Origin: a virus
Taxonomy: Duplodnaviria; Caudoviricetes
IMG/VR virus record: IMGVR_UViG_3300020045_002020
Location: 1 to 39,863 of that record
Reading direction: 5' to 3' (one strand)
DNA length: 39,863 nucleotides
Positions 1 to 9,654 of this stretch are shown here, in pieces. Within the stretch, counting starts at the first letter, position 1; every line of letters starts with the position of its first letter. The notes below the pieces were generated by a model. It was not told where the DNA came from. It ran no database searches and saw only the letters and a list, made by a program, of their open reading frames with translations. The translations under genes and the position numbers were made by a program.

Positions 1-121
1 AGCCAGCTTTGAAACAGCCGCAGGTAAGATATATGAAGACTACAGCATCGACAATCAAACGAGCTCTACCATTAAGCCGCACGAACTACTCCATTGGTTC
101 CACGATTTCAACTATACACCA
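1..121. repeat. Terminal direct repeat, copy 1 (circular assembly overlap)
   Basis: 1-121 is identical to 39743-39863 and the terminase ORF runs in frame across the junction. Confidence 0.95.
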
Positions 122-673
122 CTTAGCTCTGGGATCGGAGTACGGCGCAATAAGGGCGAGGACTTTTATATTCTAGATGAGGTCATACTTACGTCAGCAG
201 TTGCTAGGCAGTCTGCTCTTGAGTTCTGTGACCGCTACCGTGAGCATAAGAACCGCAAGATCATGTTGTACGGGGATCCTGCCGGCAAAGCTGGTGAGAA
301 GCATGGCCATGCGTCTGACTACACTGAGATTGAGAAGGTGTTGAAGAGTAATGGTTGGGACGTATCGCGACAGGTCAAGGCCGCAGCTCCTGCTATTCGT
401 GACCGCCAGAATGCAGTGAGAGCTAAGATACGTACCGCCTCGGGTGGTGTGTCCTTATTCGTGAACCCAGTCCGTGCTCCTTACTGCCACAAAGGTTTAG
501 CCACTGTACAGACTAAGAAAGGCAGCACGTTCTTGGAAGAAGATAGTGAATATCAGCACGTGACGACAGCCATAGGTTACTGCCTTGACTATATTTGGCC
601 TGTGACTATGGATAGGCCAAAATACGAAAGTGCGATGCCGAATCCAACTAAGCATCACTTCAACAGGAAATAG
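1..673 (+). CDS. terL: Terminase large subunit, C-terminal nuclease part
   Basis: Frame open from base 2 (ASFETAAGKIYEDY...HDFNYTP...YGDPAG), in frame with the 39066 ORF; directly precedes the portal. Confidence 0.9.
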   Translation, partial: ASFETAAGKIYEDYSIDNQTSSTIKPHELLHWFHDFNYTPLSSGIGVRRNKGEDFYILDEVILTSAVARQSALEFCDRYREHKNRKIMLYGDPAGKAGEKHGHASDYTEIEKVLKSNGWDVSRQVKAAAPAIRDRQNAVRAKIRTASGGVSLFVNPVRAPYCHKGLATVQTKKGSTFLEEDSEYQHVTTAIGYCLDYIWPVTMDRPKYESAMPNPTKHHFNRK

Positions 674-675
674 AT

Positions 676-2730
676 ATGGCTCGTGAGACGAAAGCAGAGC
701 GCCACGTACGAGTACACGCCGATGCTATAAAGACATTTGATGAGATCCAAACTGCTCAACGTGATGTCAGACTTCAATGCTTGAAGGATCGCCGCTTCTA
801 CTCCATACCTGGTGCCATGTGGGAAGGTCCTATCGGTGAGCAGTTTGAGAACAAGCCTAAGATCGAGATCAACAAGATCCATCTTGCTGTCATTCGTATA
901 ATCAATGAATACCGCAATAACCGCATCACTGTTGACTATATTAGCAAAGAGGGTGTGGAAGATGATGACTTAGCTGATGTATGTGATGGCTTGTACCGCG
1001 CCACTGAGCAGGACTCCGACGCAGAAGAAGCGTATGACAATGCCTTTGAGGAAGCAGTTGCTGGTGGCTTCGGTGCCTGGCGTCTACGCACTGAGTATGA
1101 AGATGAAGAAGACCCAGATGATGATAAACAGAAGATAATCATTGAGCCCATTTTCGATGCTGATAGCTCCGTGTTCTTCGATCTACAAGCCAAAAAGCAG
1201 AGCAAGGCAGATGCCACCAAGTGCTTCGTGCTAACCAGCATGACACGTGATGTTTATGAAGCTGAATGGGGTCACAGTGCTTCCTCATTGGAGAAGGTTA
1301 TACACCAACACGAGTTTGATTGGCTCACCCCCGACGTAGTGTTTATTGCCGAGTACTACGTAGTTGAGGAGAAGAGAGAGACCATCTACATCTGGGAGAA
1401 GCTAAACGGTGAAGAAGTCCGCCTCACAAAAGAAGAGCTCGAAGATCAGGAAGAAGAGCTTGAAGCAACGGGAGCGCAGGAAGTCCGCACTAAAACGCTT
1501 AAGAAAAAGAAGGTTCACAAGTACATCATTGACGGAGCTCGGATCCTCGAAGATTGCGGCTACATTGCTGGCAATTGTATTCCTATCATCCCAGTATATG
1601 GCAAGCGTTGGTATGTTGATAACGTAGAGCGGTGCATGGGTCATGTTAGGTTGAGCAAAGATCCTTCCATGGTCAAGAACATGCAAATCAGTAAGCTTGC
1701 TGAGATTGCAGCTTTAAGCACAGTGTCCAAGCCTATACTTTCTCCTGAGCAAGTTGCTGGGCACAGGTCAATGTGGGAAGAAGACAACATCAAGAACTTT
1801 CCGTTCCTTCTCATCAACCCGATTAAAGATCTCAACGGTCAAGAGATGTTGTCTCCACCAGTAGCGTACACTAAGCCACCTGAGATACCTCCTGCCATGG
1901 GAGCTCTGCTTCAAGTGACGGAGGACGATCTTCAAGACATCCTTGGCAACCAACAGAACGGTGAATCAGTCGATGGTAATGCATCTACTGATACCATGAT
2001 GTTCGTACAAAATCGCTTGGACATGCAAACCTATATCTACATGTCTAACATGGCTAAAGCTATTAAGCGTTGCGGCCACGTCTGGTTGAGTATAGCTCGC
2101 GACGTCTACGTAGAAGAAGGTCGAATCATGAAGTCAATAGGTTCTCAAGGAGAACTTAACAAGGTCGAACTGCTCCGCCCTGTTACTAATAAGGATGGAA
2201 GTGTTGGTAGACAGAATGATATGTCCAATGCTAAGTTCGATCTAACTGTTGAAGTTGGCCCATCTAGTTCCACGAAGCGGGCGGCAACGGTCAGAGCTCT
2301 GACTAACATGGCGGCCTCGACCGACGACCCTGAGACTAAGCAGGTGCTTGGTGCCATGGCTATGATGAACATGGAAGGCGAGGGTATATCCGACGTTCGC
2401 AGGTATTTCCGTGATAAACTTATCAAGATGGGAGTAGTTGAACCAACCGAGCAAGAAGCTCAGGAGCTCGCTGAAGAACAGAAGAATACACCACCATCGC
2501 CCCAAGATCAATACTTTGAAGCATCAGCAAGTGCAGAGCGTGCTCGCGGTGAGAAAGCCCAGGCTGATACATTGAAGAGCCAAGCTCAGACTGACCAGAT
2601 CAGAGTTGATACAGCAGCTACCACCCAAGAGATCGATGCTAAACAACAGGCACAAGCCCTTGAGATCATCGATCGCTTAGGGCCAAGAGTTACACCAACG
2701 GGCATCCCAGGACCGGGTGGCCAGGAGTAG
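676..2730 (+). CDS. P22-like portal protein
   Basis: 684 aa after TerL; P22 gp1-like motifs (INKI...NR, AFEEAVAGGFGAWR, IPIIPVYG) and a C-terminal coiled coil. Confidence 0.92.
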   Translation: MARETKAERHVRVHADAIKTFDEIQTAQRDVRLQCLKDRRFYSIPGAMWEGPIGEQFENKPKIEINKIHLAVIRIINEYRNNRITVDYISKEGVEDDDLADVCDGLYRATEQDSDAEEAYDNAFEEAVAGGFGAWRLRTEYEDEEDPDDDKQKIIIEPIFDADSSVFFDLQAKKQSKADATKCFVLTSMTRDVYEAEWGHSASSLEKVIHQHEFDWLTPDVVFIAEYYVVEEKRETIYIWEKLNGEEVRLTKEELEDQEEELEATGAQEVRTKTLKKKKVHKYIIDGARILEDCGYIAGNCIPIIPVYGKRWYVDNVERCMGHVRLSKDPSMVKNMQISKLAEIAALSTVSKPILSPEQVAGHRSMWEEDNIKNFPFLLINPIKDLNGQEMLSPPVAYTKPPEIPPAMGALLQVTEDDLQDILGNQQNGESVDGNASTDTMMFVQNRLDMQTYIYMSNMAKAIKRCGHVWLSIARDVYVEEGRIMKSIGSQGELNKVELLRPVTNKDGSVGRQNDMSNAKFDLTVEVGPSSSTKRAATVRALTNMAASTDDPETKQVLGAMAMMNMEGEGISDVRRYFRDKLIKMGVVEPTEQEAQELAEEQKNTPPSPQDQYFEASASAERARGEKAQADTLKSQAQTDQIRVDTAATTQEIDAKQQAQALEIIDRLGPRVTPTGIPGPGGQE

Positions 2731-2769
2731 AATTTGATCGGTGTTGAGCCCAAATCCACCACCATCAAG

Positions 2770-2800
2770 CGGCATACCATCTAGCCGATTTAAATAGATG
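2770..2800 (+). promoter_or_regulatory. Putative H-type RNA pseudoknot upstream of the scaffold RBS
   Basis: CGGC(2770-73)/GCCG(2784-87) interleaved with CATCTA(2778-83)/TAGATG(2795-2800), with an A-rich loop. Confidence 0.4.
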
Positions 2801-2822
2801 AGTTAGTTTACGGAGATTGATA

Positions 2823-3716
2823 ATGGTTGTTAAAGCAAATAAGATACACGACGACGATGGTCTGACTATCGAGGGCGAAGTTGTTCACCTGAACGCGGAT
2901 GATGAACTCGGGAAGACTGCACCCAAGGAGAACGATGATGAACCCAAGTTAGAAGATGACGACGAGGTTGTGCTCACACTAGGTGACGAAGAGCCACCTA
3001 AAGATGACGAGGATGAGGAACATGCTTCTGCACCCGAATGGGTAAAGGAGTTACGTAAATCGCACCGCGAAATCCAAAGAGAGAACAGAGAGCTTAAGAA
3101 ACAAATTAAGACTATCAACACTCCTGAGACCAAACCAGAAGTGAAGATAAGTCCTAAGCCTAAGCTTGATGAGTTCGATTACGACACTGATGAATACGAC
3201 GCAGCGTTGGAGAAGTGGTACGATGATAAGGCTAAGGTCGCTGCCGCTAATAAAGCAGCGCAAGATGCCCAAAAGGCTGCAAGCCAAGCTTGGCAAGCTC
3301 GCCTAGATGGGTATTCTAAAGCTAAGTCTGAACTGAAGATTAAGGACTTTGATGATCTTGAGAACATTGTGTCTGATGCACTTGATAAGACACAACTTGG
3401 AATCATCGTACAAGGTGCTGACAACTCAGCTCAGGTGGTCGCAGTCCTCGGCAAGAATGAAGCCCGCTTGAAAGAGCTGGTTACCATTAAAGATCCCGTA
3501 AAGTTTGCCTTTGCGGTTGCAAAACTAGAAAAGGATATCAAAGTGACGAACCGTAAGAAAGTACCACCTACCCCTGAACGGGTAATATCAGGAGCTGGAC
3601 CTACTTCGGGTGCAGTGGACTCAACACTTGCTAAACTCAGAGAAGATGCTGCGCGCACCGGTGACTATACTAAAGTCACTGCGTACAAGCGGAAACTTCG
3701 AGATTTGAAACAGTAA
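2823..3716 (+). CDS. Capsid scaffolding protein
   Basis: Acidic N-terminus, coiled coil, basic C-terminal tail; lies between portal and coat; GGAG RBS at 2812 favours the ATG at 2823. Confidence 0.82.
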   Translation: MVVKANKIHDDDGLTIEGEVVHLNADDELGKTAPKENDDEPKLEDDDEVVLTLGDEEPPKDDEDEEHASAPEWVKELRKSHREIQRENRELKKQIKTINTPETKPEVKISPKPKLDEFDYDTDEYDAALEKWYDDKAKVAAANKAAQDAQKAASQAWQARLDGYSKAKSELKIKDFDDLENIVSDALDKTQLGIIVQGADNSAQVVAVLGKNEARLKELVTIKDPVKFAFAVAKLEKDIKVTNRKKVPPTPERVISGAGPTSGAVDSTLAKLREDAARTGDYTKVTAYKRKLRDLKQ

Positions 3717-3729
3717 TTAGGAGGCAATT

Positions 3730-4995
3730 ATGCCTAACGCATTTAGTAAAGAGGAACGCGTCGCGTTCGAGGATATTTTGGAAGGTTTCCACGATTACCT
3801 TGTTCTGTCGCGTAATGTGGCCAAGTATCAAACCGGTGATTCTGAGATGGAACGGTCTGGAGACGTCATCTGGCGCCCACAGCCTTACATCGCACAGTCT
3901 TTCGACGGTATGGATCAAACGGCTAACTTTAACCCAAGCGCCCAGTTGTCTGTGCCAGCGACTTTAGGCTTTAGCAAGTCTAGTCCTTGGATCATGGATG
4001 CCAAAGAGTTGCGTGATGCCCTTCAAGAGAAACGCCTTGGTGAAGCCGCTAAGCAGAAGCTTGCGTCTGACATCAACATCGCCATTATGGCCACTGCTGC
4101 CAATCAGGGAACCTTGGTTGTTAAGCGCACAGCTGCTGCAACTGGTTTTGATGATCTTGCCCAGTGTGATTCGATCATGAATGAGCAAGGTGTTGCAATG
4201 CATGAACGCTTTGCAGCTCTGAGTTCTCGTGATTACAACAACATGGCAAGTAACCTCGCAGGTCGTGGTACCATGCAGGGTAAACCTGTTACAGCCTACG
4301 AGAAAGCGTACGTCGGTGAAGTATCAGGCTTTTCAACTTACAAGCTTGATTACGCCAATCGATTGCCTGCGGCTGCGGGTGGTGGCGCTCTGACCATGAA
4401 CACCTTGGTTGCTGGTGCTAATTTCTACACTCCTGTCTCAACCCGTGTTGCATCAACTGGAGAGCGTAGCAATGTTGACAACCGCTACCAATCGGTAACT
4501 GTCTCCGCGACTACTAACGTAGTTGCTGGCGATTGCTTTACGGTTGCTGGTGTTAACGCTGTGCATCACATCACCAAGGCCGATACTGGTCAGCTGAAAA
4601 CCTTCCGAGTTATCTCGGTAGATTCCGGCACCACCATGACTATCAGTCCTCCGCTGATCTCGAACCAAGGCGGCACTGATGCTGAAGCCCAGTACCAGAA
4701 CGTTGAGGTCACTGGATCAGCGGCTGCGGCCATCGTGTTCTTAAACACTGTTGCGGCTAATATCAACCCATTCTGGCAGCGCGACGCTATGGAGATCCTC
4801 CCTGGCCGTTACGCAGTGCCTTCTGATGCTGGTGCAGCTATAATGCGCGGCACCACTGAGAATGGTATCGAACTGGTATGGCAGAAGCAGTATGATATTA
4901 ATACCATGAAGACTAAGTATCGTCTCGATACTTTGTTCGGTGTTGTCAACAAACAACCTGAGATGAGCGGCATCATGCTGTTCAGCCAAACCTAA
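3730..4995 (+). CDS. Major capsid protein (P22 coat-like)
   Basis: 421 aa, GGAGG RBS, P22 gp5-like sequence (AAKQKLASDIN, GDCFTVAGV, RLDTLFGV...PEMSG). Confidence 0.93.
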   Translation: MPNAFSKEERVAFEDILEGFHDYLVLSRNVAKYQTGDSEMERSGDVIWRPQPYIAQSFDGMDQTANFNPSAQLSVPATLGFSKSSPWIMDAKELRDALQEKRLGEAAKQKLASDINIAIMATAANQGTLVVKRTAAATGFDDLAQCDSIMNEQGVAMHERFAALSSRDYNNMASNLAGRGTMQGKPVTAYEKAYVGEVSGFSTYKLDYANRLPAAAGGGALTMNTLVAGANFYTPVSTRVASTGERSNVDNRYQSVTVSATTNVVAGDCFTVAGVNAVHHITKADTGQLKTFRVISVDSGTTMTISPPLISNQGGTDAEAQYQNVEVTGSAAAAIVFLNTVAANINPFWQRDAMEILPGRYAVPSDAGAAIMRGTTENGIELVWQKQYDINTMKTKYRLDTLFGVVNKQPEMSGIMLFSQT

Positions 4996-5008
4996 CAGGG
5001 GAATTATT

Positions 5009-6133
5009 ATGTCTACAAAAGTTTATCCCAACGGTTCGTCAGGAGAGATTGCCGTTCCCGCAAACGAGAAAATCGCGGTCTTCAGCAATTCAGAGTTTAA
5101 TGTATACCAAAAAGTCGGGTATCCTAACCTTCCTGGCACATGGAACTTGATTAATGCTGGCGCCGCCGGTGATACCTATACTTCAGCCGCCTTCAGTTCA
5201 GCAGCGGTTGTTCGTGTGGATGCCGGTCCGTCTGAGGCATTCTATGAGGTAGGTTCTGCACCAGTTGTTGCGGAGCCTATGGCAGACCAAGTATTTGCTG
5301 ATTCCGCCGGCGTTATTTCTGGTCTATCCTCGGCTCAAGGTGGGTCATCTCAAATCAAAGGAGGCACTTCATCAACTTCTTCTAATGCAGGAGGAGCGGC
5401 ATTGCTGACCGGTGGACAACCTGGTGCCACTGGTGTAGGTGGTGCTGCTACTGTTTCTGGTGGTGCTGGTGGTTCATCCTCCGGCGCGGGCGGAGTTGCT
5501 TCTATTACCGGCGGTGCCGGTACGGCAGGCAATTCCGCTGGCGGAGTCAGCAAGACTGTGGGTGGAGCTGGACAAGGAACCGGTGCAGGAGGTGAGGCTC
5601 AAGTAACTGGCGGCACATCTGGTTCTGGAGCGACTGGAAACGGAGGTGGTGCATCTATCACTGGCGGATCTGCGTCTTCTACCAACGGTAATGGAGGTTC
5701 AGTAGTATTAACCGGTGGAGCTAAGGCTGGGTCAGGCGTTGCAGGCATGGTTATTGAACGTGGTGTTAAACTGGTAGCCCAAGGTACTCCGACGGCTAAG
5801 ACAGTTAGTGCCACGCTCACCGCCGCTGAAGTGATGGCAGGAATTATTACCGTTAATCAGGGTGCCGCAGGCGCATCCGCTCTAACTATGCCTCTAGCTA
5901 CGGCGATGGACACAGCCATGCCAGATGCTGCGGCTGGAGATGCGTTCGACTTCTCCTTGATTAACATCTCCACCACTGACGCCGAGGACGCTACACTAAT
6001 TACTAACACTGGATGGACACTGGTCGGAAACATGGAAGTCCAAGCTGCAAGCGCGCTGACTCTTAATACTTCAGGGCGTTTCCGAGCACGAAAGACTGGT
6101 ACTGGAGCTTGGTCTCTGTACCGGGTATCTTAA
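5009..6133 (+). CDS. Gly-rich virion protein, probable head decoration/fibre
   Basis: Immediately after the coat gene; central GG-x-GG repeats. Confidence 0.6.
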   Translation: MSTKVYPNGSSGEIAVPANEKIAVFSNSEFNVYQKVGYPNLPGTWNLINAGAAGDTYTSAAFSSAAVVRVDAGPSEAFYEVGSAPVVAEPMADQVFADSAGVISGLSSAQGGSSQIKGGTSSTSSNAGGAALLTGGQPGATGVGGAATVSGGAGGSSSGAGGVASITGGAGTAGNSAGGVSKTVGGAGQGTGAGGEAQVTGGTSGSGATGNGGGASITGGSASSTNGNGGSVVLTGGAKAGSGVAGMVIERGVKLVAQGTPTAKTVSATLTAAEVMAGIITVNQGAAGASALTMPLATAMDTAMPDAAAGDAFDFSLINISTTDAEDATLITNTGWTLVGNMEVQAASALTLNTSGRFRARKTGTGAWSLYRVS

Positions 6134-6141
6134 TCAGATGA

Positions 6142-6171
6142 TATACAGGCTGGTTAATTCCAGCCTGTATA
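6142..6171 (+). terminator. 12-bp stem-loop after the capsid genes (terminator or processing site)
   Basis: TATACAGGCTGG / CCAGCCTGTATA perfect inverted repeat; no clear U-tract. Confidence 0.55.
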
Positions 6172-6186
6172 CACTAAAGGAGAATT

Positions 6187-6540
6187 ATGATGTTTCCAAC
6201 ATTAGTTTACATCTGCCCCGGTATTCACCAATGCCCAGGTGGGACGTTCAACTACAAAGCGGTCACGTGCCTGGAAGAGGTGAAAGAAGCCGCAGAGTCT
6301 GGGTACTACCCAACTCTACCCCTTGCCCAAGAAAAGCCTGACAATTTTGATTGGAAAGAATATCTTGATTCTGTCTACGAAGAAGTTGAAGAGACTTCTA
6401 AGGATGAGGATCCTGATCGTGGGCCTACTCGTGAAGAGCTCGAAGAAAAGGCCAAAGAACTTCAAATTGGGTTCAATAAGAACACCAAAAACGAAACTCT
6501 GTTGCAGAAGATCAACGATGCTTTAGCGGAGCAGGAGTAA
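6187..6540 (+). CDS. Hypothetical protein with a C-terminal HeH/LEM-like helical motif
   Basis: AAGGAG RBS; PTREELEEKAKELQIGF...LLQKI. Confidence 0.7.
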   Translation: MMFPTLVYICPGIHQCPGGTFNYKAVTCLEEVKEAAESGYYPTLPLAQEKPDNFDWKEYLDSVYEEVEETSKDEDPDRGPTREELEEKAKELQIGFNKNTKNETLLQKINDALAEQE

Positions 6541-6543
6541 ACC

Positions 6544-7029
6544 ATGAGTTGGACTAAGCGACAATTTGTCAGTGCTGCGTTCGAGGAGATTGGTTACGCC
6601 GAATATGCCTTTGACCTTCAACCAGAGCAGTTGCAATCGGCCCTGCGCCGCTTAGACGCCATGATGGCAACGTGGAACGGGTTAGATATAAAGCTTGGGT
6701 ACCCACTTCCTGATTCTCCTGAGAATAGTTCTCTAGATGATGAGACGTATGTTCCGGATAAAGCCAACCAAGCCGTCTTTCAAAACCTCGCGTTGGTGAT
6801 TGCACCGATCGTTGGTAAGGTGGTGAGCCAAGAAACTAAGGGCAGCGCGCGTGCTGCTTATATGCAGCTTCTTAACCACGCAACCAAGCCGAAAGAAATG
6901 CAGTTCCCAACAACACTTCCAGCCGGTGCTGGAAATAAACCTTGGCGTTGGTATGACAGCCCATTCGTTCGAAAGACAGACGATGGTCAAGTTACACCGC
7001 CTTCAGACGAAGTGGAGTTCAGATCATGA
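6544..7029 (+). CDS. Head-tail adaptor (P22 gp4-like)
   Basis: Size, position and the motifs ALRRLDAMMATW and PAGAGNK. Confidence 0.82.
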   Translation: MSWTKRQFVSAAFEEIGYAEYAFDLQPEQLQSALRRLDAMMATWNGLDIKLGYPLPDSPENSSLDDETYVPDKANQAVFQNLALVIAPIVGKVVSQETKGSARAAYMQLLNHATKPKEMQFPTTLPAGAGNKPWRWYDSPFVRKTDDGQVTPPSDEVEFRS

Positions 7030-7490
7030 GCCAACAATTAACAAAGACAGATGCTATTGCGTCTGGAGACTTGGTCGTATTGTGGAAGACGAGCCAAGGA
7101 GATTACAGAGGACTATCAGCAGCTGACTTGCTGACCTACCTCAATGGTGCATTAACGTTCCCCACGCAAGACTATGTAACGCAGTACTCCGCACCATCAG
7201 CAACCGGTTTTAGCGTTACTATTACAGATGGTGGTGATGGTGATGAGAATGTTCATTTGATCCTAACACCTGTCGCCGGGTACGCAGCTGGTACGATTGT
7301 GCTACCTCCTGTTGCTGGGTTAGTTGACAAACAAGAAGTCTTGGTGAATTGCACGCAAGCAGTTACCACCTTGACAGTGAACGGCAATGGAGCTACTGCT
7401 GTGACAGGTGAACCTTCGGGGCTTTCTGCCAATGATTTCTTCAAACTTAAATACGACCTAGTTACTAAAACTTGGTACCGTGTAGGATAA
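7026..7490 (+). CDS. Putative virion structural protein
   Basis: ATGA overlap, beta-rich sequence, within the tail module. Confidence 0.65.
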   Translation: MSQQLTKTDAIASGDLVVLWKTSQGDYRGLSAADLLTYLNGALTFPTQDYVTQYSAPSATGFSVTITDGGDGDENVHLILTPVAGYAAGTIVLPPVAGLVDKQEVLVNCTQAVTTLTVNGNGATAVTGEPSGLSANDFFKLKYDLVTKTWYRVG

Positions 7491-7502
7491 CAGGAGAACA
7501 AC

Positions 7503-7805
7503 ATGCTTAATCGTCCGTTTAACCCAGGTCGTGGTGCCAATCAACAAGTGACGGCTGCAGTAGCTTCAGCCGAAGTTGCTATAAAAGGCATAGCTAAATC
7601 AGTACGCGTCTGCAACTCTGGAACTGTTCTTGCCCATGTGCGGCTAAGTAAAGGAGGCGAAGCTGCGACAACTGCAGATACTCCAGTGCTTCCAGGTACC
7701 TGCGTAATATTATTCAAAGGAGAAGAGATTGACGCCATCTCCTATATCCGTAACGGAGCTGGAGACACTACTCTACAAATCCAAACTGGCGAGGACGGCA
7801 TCTAA
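7503..7805 (+). CDS. Hypothetical virion-module protein
   Basis: AGGAG RBS; TAATG coupling to the next gene. Confidence 0.7.
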   Translation: MLNRPFNPGRGANQQVTAAVASAEVAIKGIAKSVRVCNSGTVLAHVRLSKGGEAATTADTPVLPGTCVILFKGEEIDAISYIRNGAGDTTLQIQTGEDGI

Positions 7806-9208
7806 TGCAAATCCCAATACTCAACGGGATTTTTACAGACGAGGACTCGGAGTTTCGCACTTCATATCCTCGTAACCTGATTCCAGTCCCTAGCCCACAA
7901 GGTATTAGTAGCGGGTACCTAAGGCCGGCTGACGGTATTATAGATTCTGGTGTTACAACTCCAGGCATCTCACGTGGTGGCATTAACTGGGATGATCTTT
8001 GCTACCGTGTTCTTGGTACTAAACTTGTCTCAGTTGATATTAACGGTGTTGTATCAACCATAGGAGATGTAGGATCTGGTGGTCAGGTATCATTAGATTA
8101 TTCGTTTGGTAACTTAGGCGTCGTATCAGGTGGTAGCTTCTACCTTTGGGATAAGACTACCTTCCAACAGGTCACAGATCCAGACCTTGGTACCGTCATA
8201 GACCACATCTTCATTGATGGGTATTTCATGTTGACAGATGGTGAGTTCATCATTGTGACAGAACTTACAGACCCGACGTCAATTGATCCTTTAAAGTATG
8301 GGTCTTCTGAAGTAGATCCAGATCCTATAAAAGCTCTACTTAAGGTGCGTAATGAAGCTCACGCATTGAACAGGTACACCATAGAGGTATTTGACAACAT
8401 TGGTGGAAACGGGTTTCCGTTCAGCCGTATTGATGGTGCTCAGATCCAACGAGGTGTTATAGGTACCCACGCCTGTTGTGTATTCCTTGAGAACATAGCT
8501 TTTGTTGGTGGTGGTCGCAATGAATCTCCAGCTGTATGGCTTGGTTACAACGGGAGTTCAGCTAAGATCTCATCTAGAGAGATCGAAATTATATTGCAAA
8601 ACTACACTGAAGACCAACTAAGTTCAGTAGTCTTAGAACCTCGTGCTGATAAAGGTCATCAGTTTCTTTATCTACATCTTCCAGATCAAACCTGGGTGTA
8701 CGACGGTGTTGCGACGACCAAGGTTAGTGAACCGGTCTGGTTTGAATTAGGTAGCACTCTACTAGGATCAGGCCAGTATCTAGCCAAGGACTTTGTTTGG
8801 TGCTACAACAAATGGCTAGTAGGACATCCTACAGAGTCTAAGATAGGTCATTTTAACATGACCATCTCTTCCCATTGGGGAGATGAGATTGGGTGGGACT
8901 TCGGAACAGTTATTATCTATAATGAAGGCAAAGGAGCTTTGGTTCATGAATTAGAATTGGTGTCACTACCAGGTCGAGCAATTTTAGGAGATGACCCCAC
9001 TATATCAACCAGGTATTCCACCGACGGCGAGACCTGGAGTCAGTGGAAGTTCATAAAAGCAGGTAAGCAAGGTCAACGTAACAACCGATTAGTCTGGTTG
9101 CAACAAGGTCCTATAGATCATTGGCGCATTCAAGAGTTTCATGGGACCAGCAAATCACATTTATCCATGGCAAGGTTGGAAGCCGAACTAGAGTCATTGA
9201 TGGTATAA
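7805..9208 (+). CDS. Tail hub / packaged-DNA stabilisation protein (P22 gp10-like)
   Basis: 467 aa beta-propeller-like; motifs FIDGYF, EVDPDPI, STDGETWS. Confidence 0.85.
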   Translation: MQIPILNGIFTDEDSEFRTSYPRNLIPVPSPQGISSGYLRPADGIIDSGVTTPGISRGGINWDDLCYRVLGTKLVSVDINGVVSTIGDVGSGGQVSLDYSFGNLGVVSGGSFYLWDKTTFQQVTDPDLGTVIDHIFIDGYFMLTDGEFIIVTELTDPTSIDPLKYGSSEVDPDPIKALLKVRNEAHALNRYTIEVFDNIGGNGFPFSRIDGAQIQRGVIGTHACCVFLENIAFVGGGRNESPAVWLGYNGSSAKISSREIEIILQNYTEDQLSSVVLEPRADKGHQFLYLHLPDQTWVYDGVATTKVSEPVWFELGSTLLGSGQYLAKDFVWCYNKWLVGHPTESKIGHFNMTISSHWGDEIGWDFGTVIIYNEGKGALVHELELVSLPGRAILGDDPTISTRYSTDGETWSQWKFIKAGKQGQRNNRLVWLQQGPIDHWRIQEFHGTSKSHLSMARLEAELESLMV

Positions 9209-9210
9209 AT

Positions 9211-9654
9211 ATGTCCCACGTAGATCCTAAAAGGCCAACTCGACAAGAACTAGCGGAGTTCTTACCCACTCAGCGCGCCGTCAAAGCTTTTGAAAAGCTA
9301 TTTGATATGGTACCATCTGAATTCAATAGTTTGGAAGACAGAATAGGGCTATTAGAAAACCCTTTAGTCATAGAGGTTAGTGGAGACTACCAAGCTATCG
9401 ATGGCAACTACAACATCATCCAGACGGTTGATAACTCTACTATTACCTTACCAGAAGCAACGGCCGAAAGGGTAGGACGTATTTGGTGGGTGACAATGGA
9501 CTTTGTTGTTGTTATCGGAGGATTCATAGAAACAACGGTTGGTGACACGTTCCCAGCAGTATCTTCTCCTGTTGAAACGCGAGCTAAAATAATCACAAGA
9601 GGTAGCACTGTAGGATTCAGATGCGCCTCGCTAAACAAATGGGTATTTGCATGA
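9211..9654 (+). CDS. Probable tail needle/plug-type protein (gp26 position)
   Basis: Follows the gp10-like gene; short helical N-terminus plus beta-rich C-terminus; start reassigned to the ATG at 9211. Confidence 0.5.
   Translation: MSHVDPKRPTRQELAEFLPTQRAVKAFEKLFDMVPSEFNSLEDRIGLLENPLVIEVSGDYQAIDGNYNIIQTVDNSTITLPEATAERVGRIWWVTMDFVVVIGGFIETTVGDTFPAVSSPVETRAKIITRGSTVGFRCASLNKWVFA

Noticed and set aside
1-121. 121-bp terminal repeat as a biological direct terminal repeat
   Set aside because: It falls in the middle of terL and the frame is seamless, which is what an assembler overlap on a circular or permuted contig looks like.
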